Assembly (NCBI GenBank): GCA_021613535.1 | Contig: CP075495.1 | Span: 15,376,001-15,440,000, forward strand | Length of the DNA stretch: 64,000 nucleotides | Source: Adineta vaga | Taxonomy: Eukaryota > Animalia > Rotifera | Direction: 5' to 3' | Part shown: positions 49,199 through 63,269 of the stretch, piece after piece | Position numbering within the stretch: the stretch's first letter is position 1 | Layout of the letters: each line of letters starts with the position of its first letter | Made by a program: the position numbers and the translations under genes | The notes under the pieces: generated by a model | What the model was told of the DNA's origin: nothing | Seen by the model: only the letters and a program-made list of their open reading frames with translations | Database searches by the model: none

Positions 49199-50347
49199 TG
49201 GAATTGAAATAAATGGATTTTCAAAAAAGCATTTCTTTTTTTATCAAAACAAAGATCGAAGACGAAGAAAGCGTTTTTAAGACGGGATACGTACTTGATT
49301 TATTACGAAACACATGTTGCATATAGAATAAAATGTGTGAAAGTATCTATTATACAAAATATACCTTAAGTTTTTAAAATGGATAAAATCGAATAGTGTA
49401 TCAGAAAACGTTTAAACAAAGTCTCTAAAATTTGTGAATAATATTTTTTCTTGTAGTTTCGATTTATTCAACATTTTCTAATATATTTATCTTGTATGTC
49501 TTATGAATTAAGATGTACTTTAGTGACGTCTTTCAAACGATTTATAAAATTCAATGGATGTTCGTCTTCGATAGACTCTAATACACGTAATAGGGAAAAG
49601 TGTTTTCAGACCCGATGACTGACAGAAAATGAAGATTTCTCTTTCTTTGATATGAATGTAATTTCCTATCTTTCGTTACTACTGATTATACACATCTGTC
49701 ATTGAATATAATACACACTACAACCAGAGATACCCATCGCAGTTATACATGAGTCGCTACACTGCCATGTACATCTCTTATTAAAACGATACATTTAATT
49801 GTTTAGGATGGCAGAAATTTATACTAATTCAATAGTATGTTTGTGCTGAACAATAAGATATATATAGGATGTAAGTTAATGAACAGCAAGCAACTCATCT
49901 TATTGTCTTTGATTTTAAGCACATATAACTAGTCCATCCATGCTATTAGAAAACAATATTTTGAAGATGCTAGTATTCAGAAGCTTTGTATCTTGTGATC
50001 TTATTCTTGATATAGTTTGCGTGAATTGATTTCACTGAATATTACCAATATTTACCTTTCTCGTATTAATTATTTATTCATTTATTGAATGAAAATTACC
50101 AAGCATGCGTATATATTATGCATTACCTTTATTAATTATTTTTCTATTCGAATGACGTTATATTTTCATTTGAATATTAAATAATATTATAGATAATATC
50201 TCTTCATGATAGAAAGGATATGCACTAAGAGCATGTGTTACCTATAAGGAGGTGAATATCAAGTCTGTTTTTTTTTCTTCCTCTCAGTATATATATACTT
50301 CTTTTTTAACATAATCAATCGACTATTTACAGGTATATCGGAAAGTC

Positions 50348-52958
50348 ATGGCTCAAAGTACTCAACCATTTTTACGTATAGAAATATTAAAATTTCAAAT
50401 AAATAATCAAAAACAAACCATTGATTTAAGTAGAGTGAAAACAGAAATTGAAATCAAAGAAAAAAGTCAATCAACACAAACATGTATGTCTTTGTTTCTA
50501 TATATATGAAATCAATATTGATTGATTTTTCTTTAGTACGAATAAAAAAGCCTGTTTATAGTGAAACAAATCAATGTATACGATTTGATATTGGTTTATT
50601 TATTAATATAGAACGAATTATTTCTATTCGATTATTTTATAAAGATATTTTATATACATTTGATTCCGATTTAAAAGTTCTTCATAAATCAGCAGATGGA
50701 TTTCGACATCAAGTAACTAATTTTCGGTTCTTTTGTTTTCAAGAAAATTTCTTTTAATTTTACTTTTTTTTAGTTTAATTTTACACCAAAATCTCAAGTT
50801 GAAATGATTATTGAATATAAAGGTAAATTGATATTATAGAAATAAATAAATAAGATTTATCTTTCTATAAAAATAGATCCATCCGTTCGATTAGAAACAC
50901 AAAATCCTATTAAAATGCATAGTCAGCGTTATGCAGAACGATATCAAACAATTTATAAACATTTTGGTCATCGATTTGTTGCTAAAATCTTTAAAACACC
51001 CATATTTTGTTCGATTTGTAGTGAAATTCTTTGGTATAAAACTTTAATTTACTTATCGTTAATACATTTTTATTTCTTTGTTTTTTCCAAGGGGTTTTAC
51101 TTATAAAGGTTTTCAATGTCAACGATGTGATTGTGTTGTTCATAAAGAATGTTATGATCGTTGTGTTCATCCATGTATAGGAAAAAAATATTCCGATGTA
51201 AGTCAATATCTCATTCAATTCCTCAACAATCTTATAGGATTTTTCTTCTTCTAAGTTTGATGTTTCAAAAGCTCATCAATTTGAACGTCAAACATTTTCG
51301 TTACAAACAATGTTCTGTGATCATGATGGAAGTTTTATTCGACCAGGACATGCTTATAAATGCGCAGGTATATTTTGAAAAGAATGAAAATATTTAGATA
51401 TTGTTTTTTTAGAATGTTTATTGGTTGTTCATCGACGATGTCAAACAAAAGTTGGTAATTATTGTGGATGTAAAGGAAAAACTTTAGAAGATTATGAACA
51501 ATGGAAAGAAAATGTTTGTCAAATGAAAAAAAGAAAATAAGAAAGATGATTTTTCATAGTTTTGTTTATTTAGAATAAAACAGATTCAGATTATAATTAT
51601 CAATATAATGGAGATTTATGTGAAATCTATACAAAATTAACAAATACAAATAAATCAAATGAGACACAAGAAGTTATTCAACGTATGTCAAAAGCTTATC
51701 AACCAAATATAACTGCAGGTTTTGATTTAAATCAAATACAATTTTTACGTATCTTAGGTCGTGGAATGACTAGTTCGGTTAGTGAAATTTAATTTTCATT
51801 TTATAATTTGATCAATTTTTCAATTTTATAGGTCTATTTAATAAAACGTGATGAATCATTTTATGCAATGAAAACACTTCGTAAAAATCTTATTCTCGAA
51901 GGTCAAAATCTTAGTTATATACAATCCGAACGAAATATTCTTACTCGTTGTCAATCAAATCCATTTATAGTTCAACTTTTTTATGCATTTCAAAATGTTG
52001 AACGATTATTTTTTCTTTTGGAAGTTGCTCGTGCTGGAACTTTATTTGATTTACTTGAACATCAAGCACCAAAACCGTTTCGACATGAACGTATCGTTTT
52101 CTTTATTGGTGAAGTAACATGTGCATTAATGTTTCTTCATTCTAAATATATTGTATGTTATTTTAAAAGAGAAAGATCTTGTCGATAAAATATCTTTATT
52201 TTTTGTTTAGGTTTATCGTGATCTTAAACCTGAAAATCTATTTCTTTTTGATGATGGACATTTAAAACTTGGTGATTTTGGTTTATCCAAAGAAAATATT
52301 GATGAAAATCATAAAACAAGAACAATGTGTGGAACAGCTGAATATATTGCTTATGAAATTTATCATAAAGATTGGTATGATGAAAATATTGATTGGTGGT
52401 CATTAGGAATTTTAATATTTGAATTATCAACATTTCGAACACCATTTTATGCAAATAATAGTACAGATATAACACAAAATGTTCTTTCAAATCAAGTTAT
52501 TTATCCTGAAAGAATGAAAGAAGAAGTTAAACAAATTATTTCTGGTTTACTTGAACGTGATCCAAAAGAAAGATTAGGAAATATCAATTCTCCACATGGT
52601 TTAATAGGAAATCAACCTTTTTTTCAGTAAATCAAATTTTTACTTTTTATCATTTGTAAATATAATTATTTTATAGAGAACCATATACTTTGGATGCTAT
52701 TAAATCACGTCGTATTTCACCACCATGGATTCCGAATGTATGTTTATGAAATTTTCTTCATAGAATTTATATTTGAGAAAAAAAAAATCTAAACTTTTCA
52801 ATTTAAATTTTTAGTCATTATTATCATTAAAAGCAACAAGTAAAACTCCACAATTATCTGAACTTGATCCAAAAGATACAATTTTATTATTATCAACACC
52901 AGCAAATGCTTTTCGTAAATTTTCATATGTTAGTCCAAATACTATGGATCTTTTTTGA
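50348..52958 (+). CDS. Divergent novel protein kinase C (delta/theta-like): C2-like, C1A, C1B and AGC kinase domains
   Basis: PFLRIEI N-terminus; HRFVAKIFKTPIFCSIC..LWG...GFQCQRCDCVVHKEC; HQF...FCDHDG...YKCAECLLVVHRRC; YAMK, VYRDLKPEN, DFG, TMCGT; hydrophobic motif FRKFSY; many GT-AG introns. Confidence 0.85.
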
Positions 52959-53175
52959 AAAAAAAGATTTCGGTATTTATATATATATATCTTGTTTACT
53001 TTTTTTCTCAAACATTCGATAATCTATTATCTTTTTTTGACATATATTTCAAAGTTAAATTCAAACATTCATTCGACTAATGATTGTTTGACTTAAATTA
53101 TTAAATTTGATCTTACTATGAGAAATATAATACATAAATTAAATTAAGAAGAAAGTTACTGTTATTGTGTAATGT

Positions 53176-54253
53176 TCAAATATCATCGGTAGTATTTCTT
53201 TTTGTTTCTATTGGTGTAAGTTTCATATTTTGGTTGCTATTTAAATGTAATAATTCTTCTCTTCGTAAAGATTTTTTCTTGAAAGTGAAAACGTCTGAAA
53301 TCATTTCACTTACTGAACGTGTAAAATGAATAATCGTAAGAATACTTAATGCACAAGCAATTGAAATAAACATGAATCCGATACGATGTGAATAAGCAGG
53401 TGCATGTCCAAGAGATAAAGCTTCCATAATAATAAATATTGAATAAGGTCCACCAAGAACGAGAAGAATTGAAATTAGTATAAGAATACGTTGAGTTAAG
53501 ATCATTTGTCGATGTGCACGATGAATATTATATCGATAAGTACCTAAAAATACATTATAGATAAGATTTACAATATTTTGATGATATGTATAGAAAAAGA
53601 TAATTGATATTACCATTAGTATTTCTTTGTCCAATAGATTGTCTAATTTTATAATATATAATCATAATTAATGTTAAAGGTGTAAGATAATTCGTTGAAC
53701 AAATATAAACAATTGCTTTACTATTATCAATGGCAATTTGACATAAATATTCATGTTCAATAAATACTTGATTATTTCCAATAATAATCGGTAAAAGTTG
53801 TAATATTGCAAAACTCCATTGAATATAAATTGCATTAGTATATAATTTTAAACGTTTCCATGATATTTGATGATAATAAATTGTTCCAATTAAACGATAA
53901 CATGCTTGAATAACATATGAATAAATAAGTGAACAAAAACAAATATGTGCAATATAACCACGTATATGACAAAGAAATAGATTTTGTAATTCTATTGAAA
54001 TTTGTAATTGTTGACGTTTTATATCACGATATAAAACATTAATTGCAATTGAAAGTGTATCACTAGATAAAATAAATATACTTATTGTAGAATTTAATGT
54101 TAAAATATTTGCAATTGTATGTAATGAACGATTATATAAAATAATTAATATTAATATTAAAGAAAATATAATACCAATACAACTGGATAAAATTGTAATT
54201 AGATTTATTAGAAGAGAAAGTGAAAATGATTCGTTTAAATCAGTTGAATTCAT
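53176..54253 (-). CDS. Rhodopsin-like 7TM receptor (exons 54253-53614, 53543-53176)
   Basis: Seven hydrophobic helices, an N-terminal N-glycosylation site, LCHIRGY...YSYVIQACYRL in TM3 and an extracellular YLCQI; in-frame intron. Confidence 0.85.
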
Positions 54254-55311
54254 TTCGAAAAGATAAATATTGATAATTTTAAGGATAAGTTTTAAAATAT
54301 TGTTTTCTTCTAGAAATCTTAAAAAAATCTCGGGCGGAAGATTTTTTTTCTATCTAATTAAACTGAAATTTATGTTTATTTTTACCTTTTCTTAATAGAT
54401 AATATGATTCGGCAATATTTTTATTATAAAGCCTTGTTTTATTCTTTTTTTCCTCTATATTCTAAAATGAAAGACTTCGGATAAATTATAATTATAAATA
54501 GAATAATAATGGATATGCTTTATAACTGTTTTTTGCTCTATTTCATAGGAGAATAACACGTCGACTTATATTAAAGAAAAGTGTCTTTATTAAGTTTTAT
54601 TTCTCTTAACTTTGAAGATAATGAATTCTTACAAAGTAAAAAAGAAAACAAATGAAATTGTCTTATTCTATAAATTATCATTCTTTCAAATGAAATATGA
54701 TATTTTATGCAAGAAAATTCTAATTAAATATCATATTACTCATGAACATTTATATTTCCTTTCTTTTTACTCGTTGTCTTAAGAAATACGATATAAAGAT
54801 GATAATATTATCTCTTTTGTTAGTTCCTTGTATCAAATTAACCAAGACACGACATATCAACACACCATTTGTTCACACAACATTGTCTATGAAGACAAAA
54901 AAAATGAGACGAAGAAGATGAACCTTGCAATACATGGAAATGTCGTCTTTATAGAAATAAAAACAATAAATTTCATATAAGGTAGATCTAGAAATGCAGA
55001 AAATACATTCTGTTATTCTCTTTTGTTATTCATTAAAGATTATTTCTTTTTTTTTGTCTAAAATATCACTCACACATACCTTTCATCGAGTTAATATTTA
55101 TTGAATAGATTATTTTACAAACAAAAAATAAAAATTCATAAAGAAATATTTTCAACTGTTTTTTTTTTCTCCATAATTTTTGTTTTGATAATCTAAAAGA
55201 AAGATTGAAACTTTTGTGGAAATATAGATTTTACTCATATAGCAATTTTCTACTCTTTATTGATTTATTCTACATAAATGTACTGTTTTGTAATAGCTTT
55301 TTTGATTTTTA

Positions 55312-58300
55312 TTAAAATATGTTTCGAAATTGATGATGAGCTTTGTAAAATTCTTGTTTATACATTGTTGATGGTACAACAAATAAAATAAAAGTTAATG
55401 TAGGTGGAACTAATGATATAAAATATCCTAAAAGAAATAACCATGGATTACTTGTTATAGTTATACAATCTGATGCAAATGTTATGAAAATACGTGGAAT
55501 AACAAGAATAATTAAAACAAATGGAGCAATAAAATGAAAACTATTAATTATATAATCCATTATAAGAATTATTGATTTATATTCAACAATACATAAAAAA
55601 CGTTTTTCATTATCATTATTATTATTTTCATCATATAATCTTCGATGTATTGGATCATGAATATTTGTTATAATTGATATTAAGAAAAGAATATATATAG
55701 AATATTTAGCAATGAATTTCGTTTGTTTCTGATTATAATTAAGTCCTTTTTTCTGTTATAAATGCTCTTTCAATTGACACAAATGTCGTTAACCATTTAT
55801 CCATTGTTAAACAAAATCGAAGAAGAAAATCTATTGAATAATATTCAAATTTTAAAAATAAATTATTTTGAATTAATCTAATTTGCATAGAAATTAAAAT
55901 AAAAAATTTCAATGTAAAAATACTCATTGTTAATAAAACAATAATTGATGAATTTAAAAGATAAATTTCACAACTAGATTCACGAATTTTCTTACTTTTA
56001 AATGTTATTAATGATAAAATACCATTTATAAATCATCTAATAATAAGAATTAAACTTATACTAATACTTATTAAAACTATATGTGTTTATTTAAAAATAT
56101 TTCTATTAATTTGTGTATAAACACTAAGTATTGCATCAAGTGAAAGACTAAAACTATTTGTAGTTAATTCACAACGTTCTCTATAATAACAATCACGACA
56201 TTTAGAATTTTCTTGAAGACATGTACCATTATGTTTACATTGATTATTTCTTGTAGAAATTGTTTGTGATGAACGATCAAAATCGAAACAATTCGATAAA
56301 TATTGATGACAAAAACAAAATTGTTGCTCATCATAAAAACAAGATAATGATAAATTTATTTGACAAGGAATATGATAATATTTTATTCGATGAAGAAGAT
56401 TATAATTACGAAAGGTTTTATTAAATAATTCATTAATATGTAAACAATGATCAAATAAAGTTAAGTGTTTTTCTAAAATTATTTTATATTCATATTTCTT
56501 TTGTATAAAATTTAAATAATAAGTTTTATCTAATAATTCATTAAGTATAATATGAAAAGAAAGTGACCAATTAATAAGAATTGAATTTTGTTCTTTTTCT
56601 ATTCTTTTAAATATTGTTATACGTCCAGGAAAATCATCAATTTTAACTTCAATAAAATGAATAAATATCATTGGATATAAATTAAAAGATTTATCAAATG
56701 ATAAAAGAAGTTTTGTTTGAATAAATTCACATTTTTTACCCATAAAATCTTTTGAACAAATACATATAAATTCATTTTCATTTATTCTTACACATATACC
56801 ATCATTCATACATGAATCATTTTGACAAATATGATCAGATATTAAACATCGAGAACCTATTTTATTCAATGGACAAATACATAATGATCGATTATTACTT
56901 AATTTATCAAGATTTAATGATTGATTTGAACATAAAGAATTATATTTAATTGAACAAAACTTTCCTGACCATCCTTTATAACATTGACAAAAATGTTGAT
57001 TCATTTCATCATTAAGATATTGAATACATTTTCCATTAATACATTGTTTATCTGAACAAATTTCAATATGATCAAAATTATTTGAAATATTTAATTGATA
57101 AACAAGACGATGAACAGGTAAAAATGAATAATCAATCGATTTTATGAAACTTTCACGATAATTTAATGTTATTTGTTCATAAATATCAATATGTACGAAA
57201 TATTGTCGTTGAAAATCGTTCGATCGTATTGAATATAATAAATAATGGCTTCATAATGATCATCAATCAATGAAATAATAAAAAGAAAAGGAGTTTTTGA
57301 AGAATTTGTTGGTGCACGAAATTGTAAAGTAATACTAAGTCGTTGATTCTGATATTGACAAGTAGTTCCATAATAACTCGGTGGACAAAGACAAATATTA
57401 CGTGTTAATTGATTTGATTTATCTAACCAAAGTTTTAAAGGAAAACCACGATGACAAGGTGTTTGATAGAAAGCGAATTTTTCGAGATAAAGAGAAACTG
57501 AATCTATTTCTGGTCAAGGATCAATGGAATTTCAGCTGTATTTAAACTTTGATCAAATGTAAAGTATTTTTTTAATTGACTTTGTGTATCAAAAAAACCT
57601 TTTACAAAGTACTTTGGCAATAATCGAACCATACAATTGATATTTTTGTGTACAAATACCTTCATCACCTTTTGGATATCTAAGATCATTCTCTTGACAA
57701 ATTTCTTCATCTTCTTTTGTAATACAATCATAATTACCATCACATAGTGTATTACCACCAATACAAGCTAATCCTTTATGAGTCATACAGAAAAATGAAG
57801 GTCGAAAATGGTCTTGAATACCATCGATACAAAATGTTGGTTCATCAGCAGCTCCAAGACAATTAATAATTCCATCATTAGCTTTTTCAATTGGTAAACA
57901 AATTAATTGTTTTGTTTGATTTGAAATACAAACATGATGATTTTGTTAATAATTTAATAAAGATATGTATGGTAAATCACAATCAACTTCATCAGTACCA
58001 TTAAGAAAATGCCAATAACCATCACAACGATTATATATATATGAAGAGTTGGCCAATGTTCACAATTAGTTTCATCTGTTTCATTTTCATATCCGGGAAA
58101 TTCAGATAATAATTGAGAAGTTTTATCGCAAATTGTTTGGAATGAAATTCTTTTTTGGAAATGTAATCGTTCAGAACTTTCATCAACACAAAAATGTTCA
58201 CCTGATCCTTTACAATCACACATTTGTCCATCATTAACTTGTCTAATAGCAATATATTGATTCACTGAAGGACATTTAAACACGTTAGGAAATTGTTCGA

Positions 58301-59850
58301 TTGACTGAGCATCATCAAGTTTAGACAAATCTTCGTCATCTTCATAATAACAATCCTTGACAACATCAAAAACTTGAGTTTTTGAAATCATTTTTAATGA
58401 ATTCATACATCGATACATATCTGATTGATTATAAACTGTAGAATCATTGTTAATTAATTTTGTAACTCTATGTAACCATCTTCCGACAGGTCCAATAAAT
58501 CGTTGTAACCATCTGAGATCCCAAAACATAAATCTACCAAAATTTGAATCCGCAAAAAGACGACAAGTTCTATTATGAGATAATAAAATTGTTTTACCAT
58601 CATTAGGTACATAAACATATGTTTCATTATAACAAACATATGTAGGTTCAAGTGGACGCGACGAATATACAAGTTTACTTTTATTGTATGCCAAATAGAT
58701 ATGACCATTAAGAATTGGATATTCAGGAATATATATTATTTCTGAACAATCATTATCAATTATTTGTTGACAAATACCTGTTCCACAAAATATTGAACAT
58801 TCTGTTTTCGGAGGATAATAATAATTTGTCATCGTTGGTTCCAATGAGTCTGGCATTTGTATTATACATTTCAATACTTTCCAACAATTATCATGTATTA
58901 ATTTTGGTTTAATCGAGAAAAATGCTTTTGATAAGAGAATTTCACGTTGAGATTTACATGAACTAGTAAGAACAGTTCTACTGCCTGTCTTCATATTATA
59001 TTTCTTATTACATGATACATCTTCATATTTAAATATTGGCTCATTTGTAATGAAACTGAATTTCTCCAAAGCACTTGCGTCTGCCCAAATTTCGTCCGTT
59101 TGATCGAGACATTCAGGAGAAAATGGAATATCATGAGGAAATGATAATGGTATACATTGTCCATAAGAACATTCATATTCATTTTCTTGACATCGATGAA
59201 GTTCAAGTTGCCAACAATCTTTTTCATCTATTTCTTCATTATAAGACAATCAACTTTTCCATCACAAATTTCTGTCCAATCAAGACATGATGGAGATGGA
59301 CCACGATCACATTTTAAATGCTGATAACAAGTCAATTCAGTTAGTTTATATCGATTAAAGAAATAATAATGATAAATAATTTCATTCAATGATAGATTAT
59401 TAAGATAAATATTGTTTAGGAAACTGTATTGACATCTTGAACCAAAATAAGGTTTAGTACAATTATAAAAGATTTTGTTTACTAATTGTGTTCTTTTTGT
59501 ATCTGAAAACTCATCTAAATAAATTTGATATTCTTCAATAAGATCAATTGATGCTGACCATTGATATATAATTGTTCAGTTGTTACATGCTATTCTGATA
59601 CTTGAGAAAAATTTAATTTTTGATCGATATTATTGTCTACAATGTGAAATTTTGATGGCCATTCATACATACAATAAGATAAGATTTGACGAGTATCATA
59701 TATTGCTTCAAATCGAGCAGGAATATTCAAACAATCATGTTGAATATCATCATTTTCATATTCCCAATTTGTTAAATGAAAATTTACATGATATTCCAAA
59801 TGTACGAAACGTATAGAGAAGAAGAAGAAGAGAATTCTTTTAAATAACAT
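55312..59850 (-). pseudogene. Large LDLa/EGF-repeat ectodomain 7TM receptor, broken by multiple frameshifts
   Basis: Signal-like start at 59850, LDLa motifs (CQENEYECSYGQCI, CDGNYDC..KEDE), EGF motifs (CMNDGIC..CICSKDFMGKKC) and 7TM pieces (DKWLTTFVSIER, HFIAPF, FILFVVPS). Split over at least six ORFs; one break is a (TA)n slip at ~58035. Confidence 0.8.
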
Positions 59851-60557
59851 TTTCTTTCGAATGAATACGAATGAGAAAATATCAAGATTTTATATCTACA
59901 TTCATATATTAGATCTTTTTCTCTCTTTAAAAAAAGCTTTATATCCGTCGGCAGTTAATGGTAATCAACGCTTTACGCAGAGCATTTGTTTTGCATGTTA
60001 TCATTTTGCTAATCAACAGGAAACCTGCCAAATGCTATTAGATTCTTTTTTATATCGTGTAAATTCATAGTTGTGATGAATTATATTTCAAGGACTTTAA
60101 AACAGGTGGAAACTTATTTTTTCACATATTATTTTATACAATCATAAAGTCAAGTGGAACGAATATGGGAATCGATAGATTATGATAGATGTGTATGTTT
60201 CTACCTTCCCTTACATATAGATTGATGTTCATTTACCAAAAAGATTGAATTGTATGTGGGGCATTTTATGACTATGTATGACACCTATGTATCAAAACAT
60301 TGAGATAAATAAAGAAAGATGTTTTTTTTTATTCAATTGGTGATAGATGAGAATAGAAAGAAAACAAAGTGGCCTGTTAAGATAAAGAAGAATATTGAAG
60401 ATGTATGTAAATAATGTTATCTAAGAGAAAGAATAACCTTGAAAGTTTATCGTTGTTAAAAATAAAAAAAAATGAAATTTGTGATGTATGTCGATTCTAT
60501 ATAACTTTATATTCAGATTCAAATATTTTCAGATTAAAAGCTTCAAATAGTTTAATC

Positions 60558-61076
60558 ATGGTTGATATTATTCAAACAAATCTACCTACATCAATTGATA
60601 CTGATCCAACATCTGACCAAATCGTGCGTCATTTACGTCATGCTAATAAAATTGCAAATCGAGCATTATATTTTGGTCATCATCCTTTTGGTTGTATACT
60701 TGTTGGTCCGGATAATGAAACGGTACTAATGGAACAAGGCAATGTCGATACAGTCAATCATGCTGAATCAACACTTGCACGAAATGCGTGTACAAATTTT
60801 TCTTCAGAATATCTTTGGAATTGTACACTTTATACAACATTTGAACCATGTGTTATGTGTGCAGGAACATTGTATTGGGCAAATATTGGACGTATTGTTT
60901 ATGGCGCAACAGAAAAACATCTTCTTGAATTGACAGGTGATGATACAAAGAATCCAACACTTGATATACCTTGTCGTTATGTATTTGAACATGGACAGAA
61001 AGATATCAAAGTCTGGGGTCCATTTCCTGAACTTGAAGTAGAATTAGTTGAACCTCATCAAAACTTTTGGAAATAA
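60558..61076 (+). CDS. Zn-dependent nucleoside/cytidine-deoxycytidylate deaminase family protein, bacterial type (intronless)
   Basis: GHHPFGCILV, HAE, TLYTTFEPCVMCAGTLYWANIGRIVYG (HxE...PCxxC). Likely start is the ATG at 60558 rather than 60414. Confidence 0.9.
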   Translation: MVDIIQTNLPTSIDTDPTSDQIVRHLRHANKIANRALYFGHHPFGCILVGPDNETVLMEQGNVDTVNHAESTLARNACTNFSSEYLWNCTLYTTFEPCVMCAGTLYWANIGRIVYGATEKHLLELTGDDTKNPTLDIPCRYVFEHGQKDIKVWGPFPELEVELVEPHQNFWK

Positions 61077-61118
61077 AGAACAAAAATTTATTTATTTGAA
61101 AGAAAAAAGTAATATTAT

Positions 61119-63022
61119 TTAAGGTATTGGTGTAATTTTGAGCATTTGCACAGCATGTCGTTCGATACTTGGAGATGTATAACTATTATAAAACATGCCT
61201 ATATTTTTTTGAGCCCATAGATCTCTAACATGTGCTTGTTGATTAGCACGCTAATCTAAATCAGTCCATTTAACTGTAATTATTTCACTATCCGTACTAT
61301 TGCGATTAAATAATAGAACAGCTTGTGATCCATCAGACAATGGTCCAGCCCATATTTCAATATTTTGTTGAACTGTTAAACATTGATTACTTTTCATATT
61401 TCGAATTATTCCATTTGTTTCATTCCATATCCATATATCATCACACGAAGATATATTCAGCAAACGTTCATCTTCATTGTGTAAAGATAGACTAAATAGA
61501 AGGTCGATATTTAAGTGTTATTTTAGAATTTTTTCAAAGATATTAACTCACCATTGGTTGTTCTGTCGAGAAATAATCCTTTGTTTATGATTATCTATAA
61601 TCCATTGTTGATTTTTACTTTGACATGAAGTCGTAATTATATTCGTCAATTCATTGGAATCACCCTTGTCAATTGTTAAACATTGTCCATTCATGACTGA
61701 TTTGATCTGTCCATCATTGACATCATAAATCCATTTTTGTCGTTTATTATTAGTTCTCAATGGAGCACATTCAGTCATGAATACAGCACTTGACAATTGT
61801 GAAGATGATACAACAATCTTTTTGCCTTGTATTCCTAGTGAATCTTGATTAACAGCAATTACTTCACGATTTAAATAAATATTTAAAGTAGCTTGACTCA
61901 TGTTAGTTACATCACCACCAATTAAAAGTGGAGCTTTACTAATAGCCCAAAGAGAAAAGTAAGAAATATATTCTGTATTTGTCATACCACCATTGCCAAT
62001 TCGTAACACTAAATGATAGATTTGTCGCTAACATACAGAGCGTTCTTGTAAAAAGGAAACTCACTATCAGGATCATTCCAACCACCTGGTCCAGCTTTGT
62101 CAGCAAATTGATTGTTCTATATAAGATAAAAAGAAGCTTTTCATATCAAAATGTCTTCTTTACTATATCTATTGTATGAGTCATTGATTCCCAATTATCA
62201 GAAATATCGTCTGTTGTTCGCCAACTATTTCCAACATCAGCGGCCCACAATGCAGGTGTATCCACACCCCATTCTATCCAAACGTATAATCACAAGAAAA
62301 ACTATACTTTTCCCCTTTTTTAGACATTTAACTTACCACATAACGAATAGAAAATTGGTCGACCAGTGGCATTCAATGCATCACGCATAACTGGATAACG
62401 AACTTCTGGTTTAGTACCATCTGTATTACAATTATCATATTTCAAGAAGTCAATACCCCATGAAGCATATGTATTAGCATCCTTTGTTTCATAACCTAAA
62501 GAACCAGGTCGACCAGCACATGTCTTATATCCAGCATCTATGAATCAACAAAAGGACATAATAACTAGAGAAAAGAAATCCTTACCAGAATAGAGACCAA
62601 ATTTAAGTTTTCGTGAATGGACATAATCAACTAGTGCTCGAATCCCACTTGGGAAAACAATTGGATCAGCTAGAATTGTACCATTGACATCTCGACCTAC
62701 TTGCCAACAATCATCTAGGTTAACTAGAATCAACAAAGAAAAGTTTTGTAAGAAAATAAGTATTAGCAAAACAAACTGTATTCATAGCCAGCTGCAGCAA
62801 GACCACTATTAATAATAATATCAACCGTTTGTTGAATTCTCTTTTCGGAATAATTACACCAAAAATTATACCAACTATTCCAACCTGAAATGAAATTTTT
62901 ATACTTATGACATAAATATTTGTTCTATTTCTACCCATTTGTGGAGTTCTTCCAAGAATTAGTAAGTCCAAGGATAGATTTACTAATGCAAAAATAAAGC
63001 AAAACTTTGCTACGCTCTTCAT
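61119..63022 (-). pseudogene. GH27 alpha-galactosidase with inserted ricin-B (CBM13)-like domain; premature stop near the C-terminus
   Basis: [50 protein letters not shown] and QxW ricin repeats. In-frame TAG at 61253-61251 comes before the conserved VRDLW and the natural stop at 61121-61119. Confidence 0.8.
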
Positions 63023-63269
63023 CTAGCACTTTTGAAAAAAAAAGAGTAGCAAAATGCAGATGATATGATACTGTCCTTATCATTTATTTCCTATGTGCCG
63101 CTAAAATTGATAATTATTTGCTGTTCTAATTCAATCAAAAAGGCATTCATCTTAGAAATTGTATTTTATTGTCGAATAATTTTGAATAATAAGTTGATTA
63201 AGAAAGCAATTTAAAGCAAACGAGAATAAAGCATAAAAAGATATTGTTTCAAAAATTACGATTAAAGTT

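Noticed and set aside
60414-60557. N-terminal extension of the deaminase ORF
   Set aside because: Low-complexity AT-rich sequence; family similarity starts after Met 60558.
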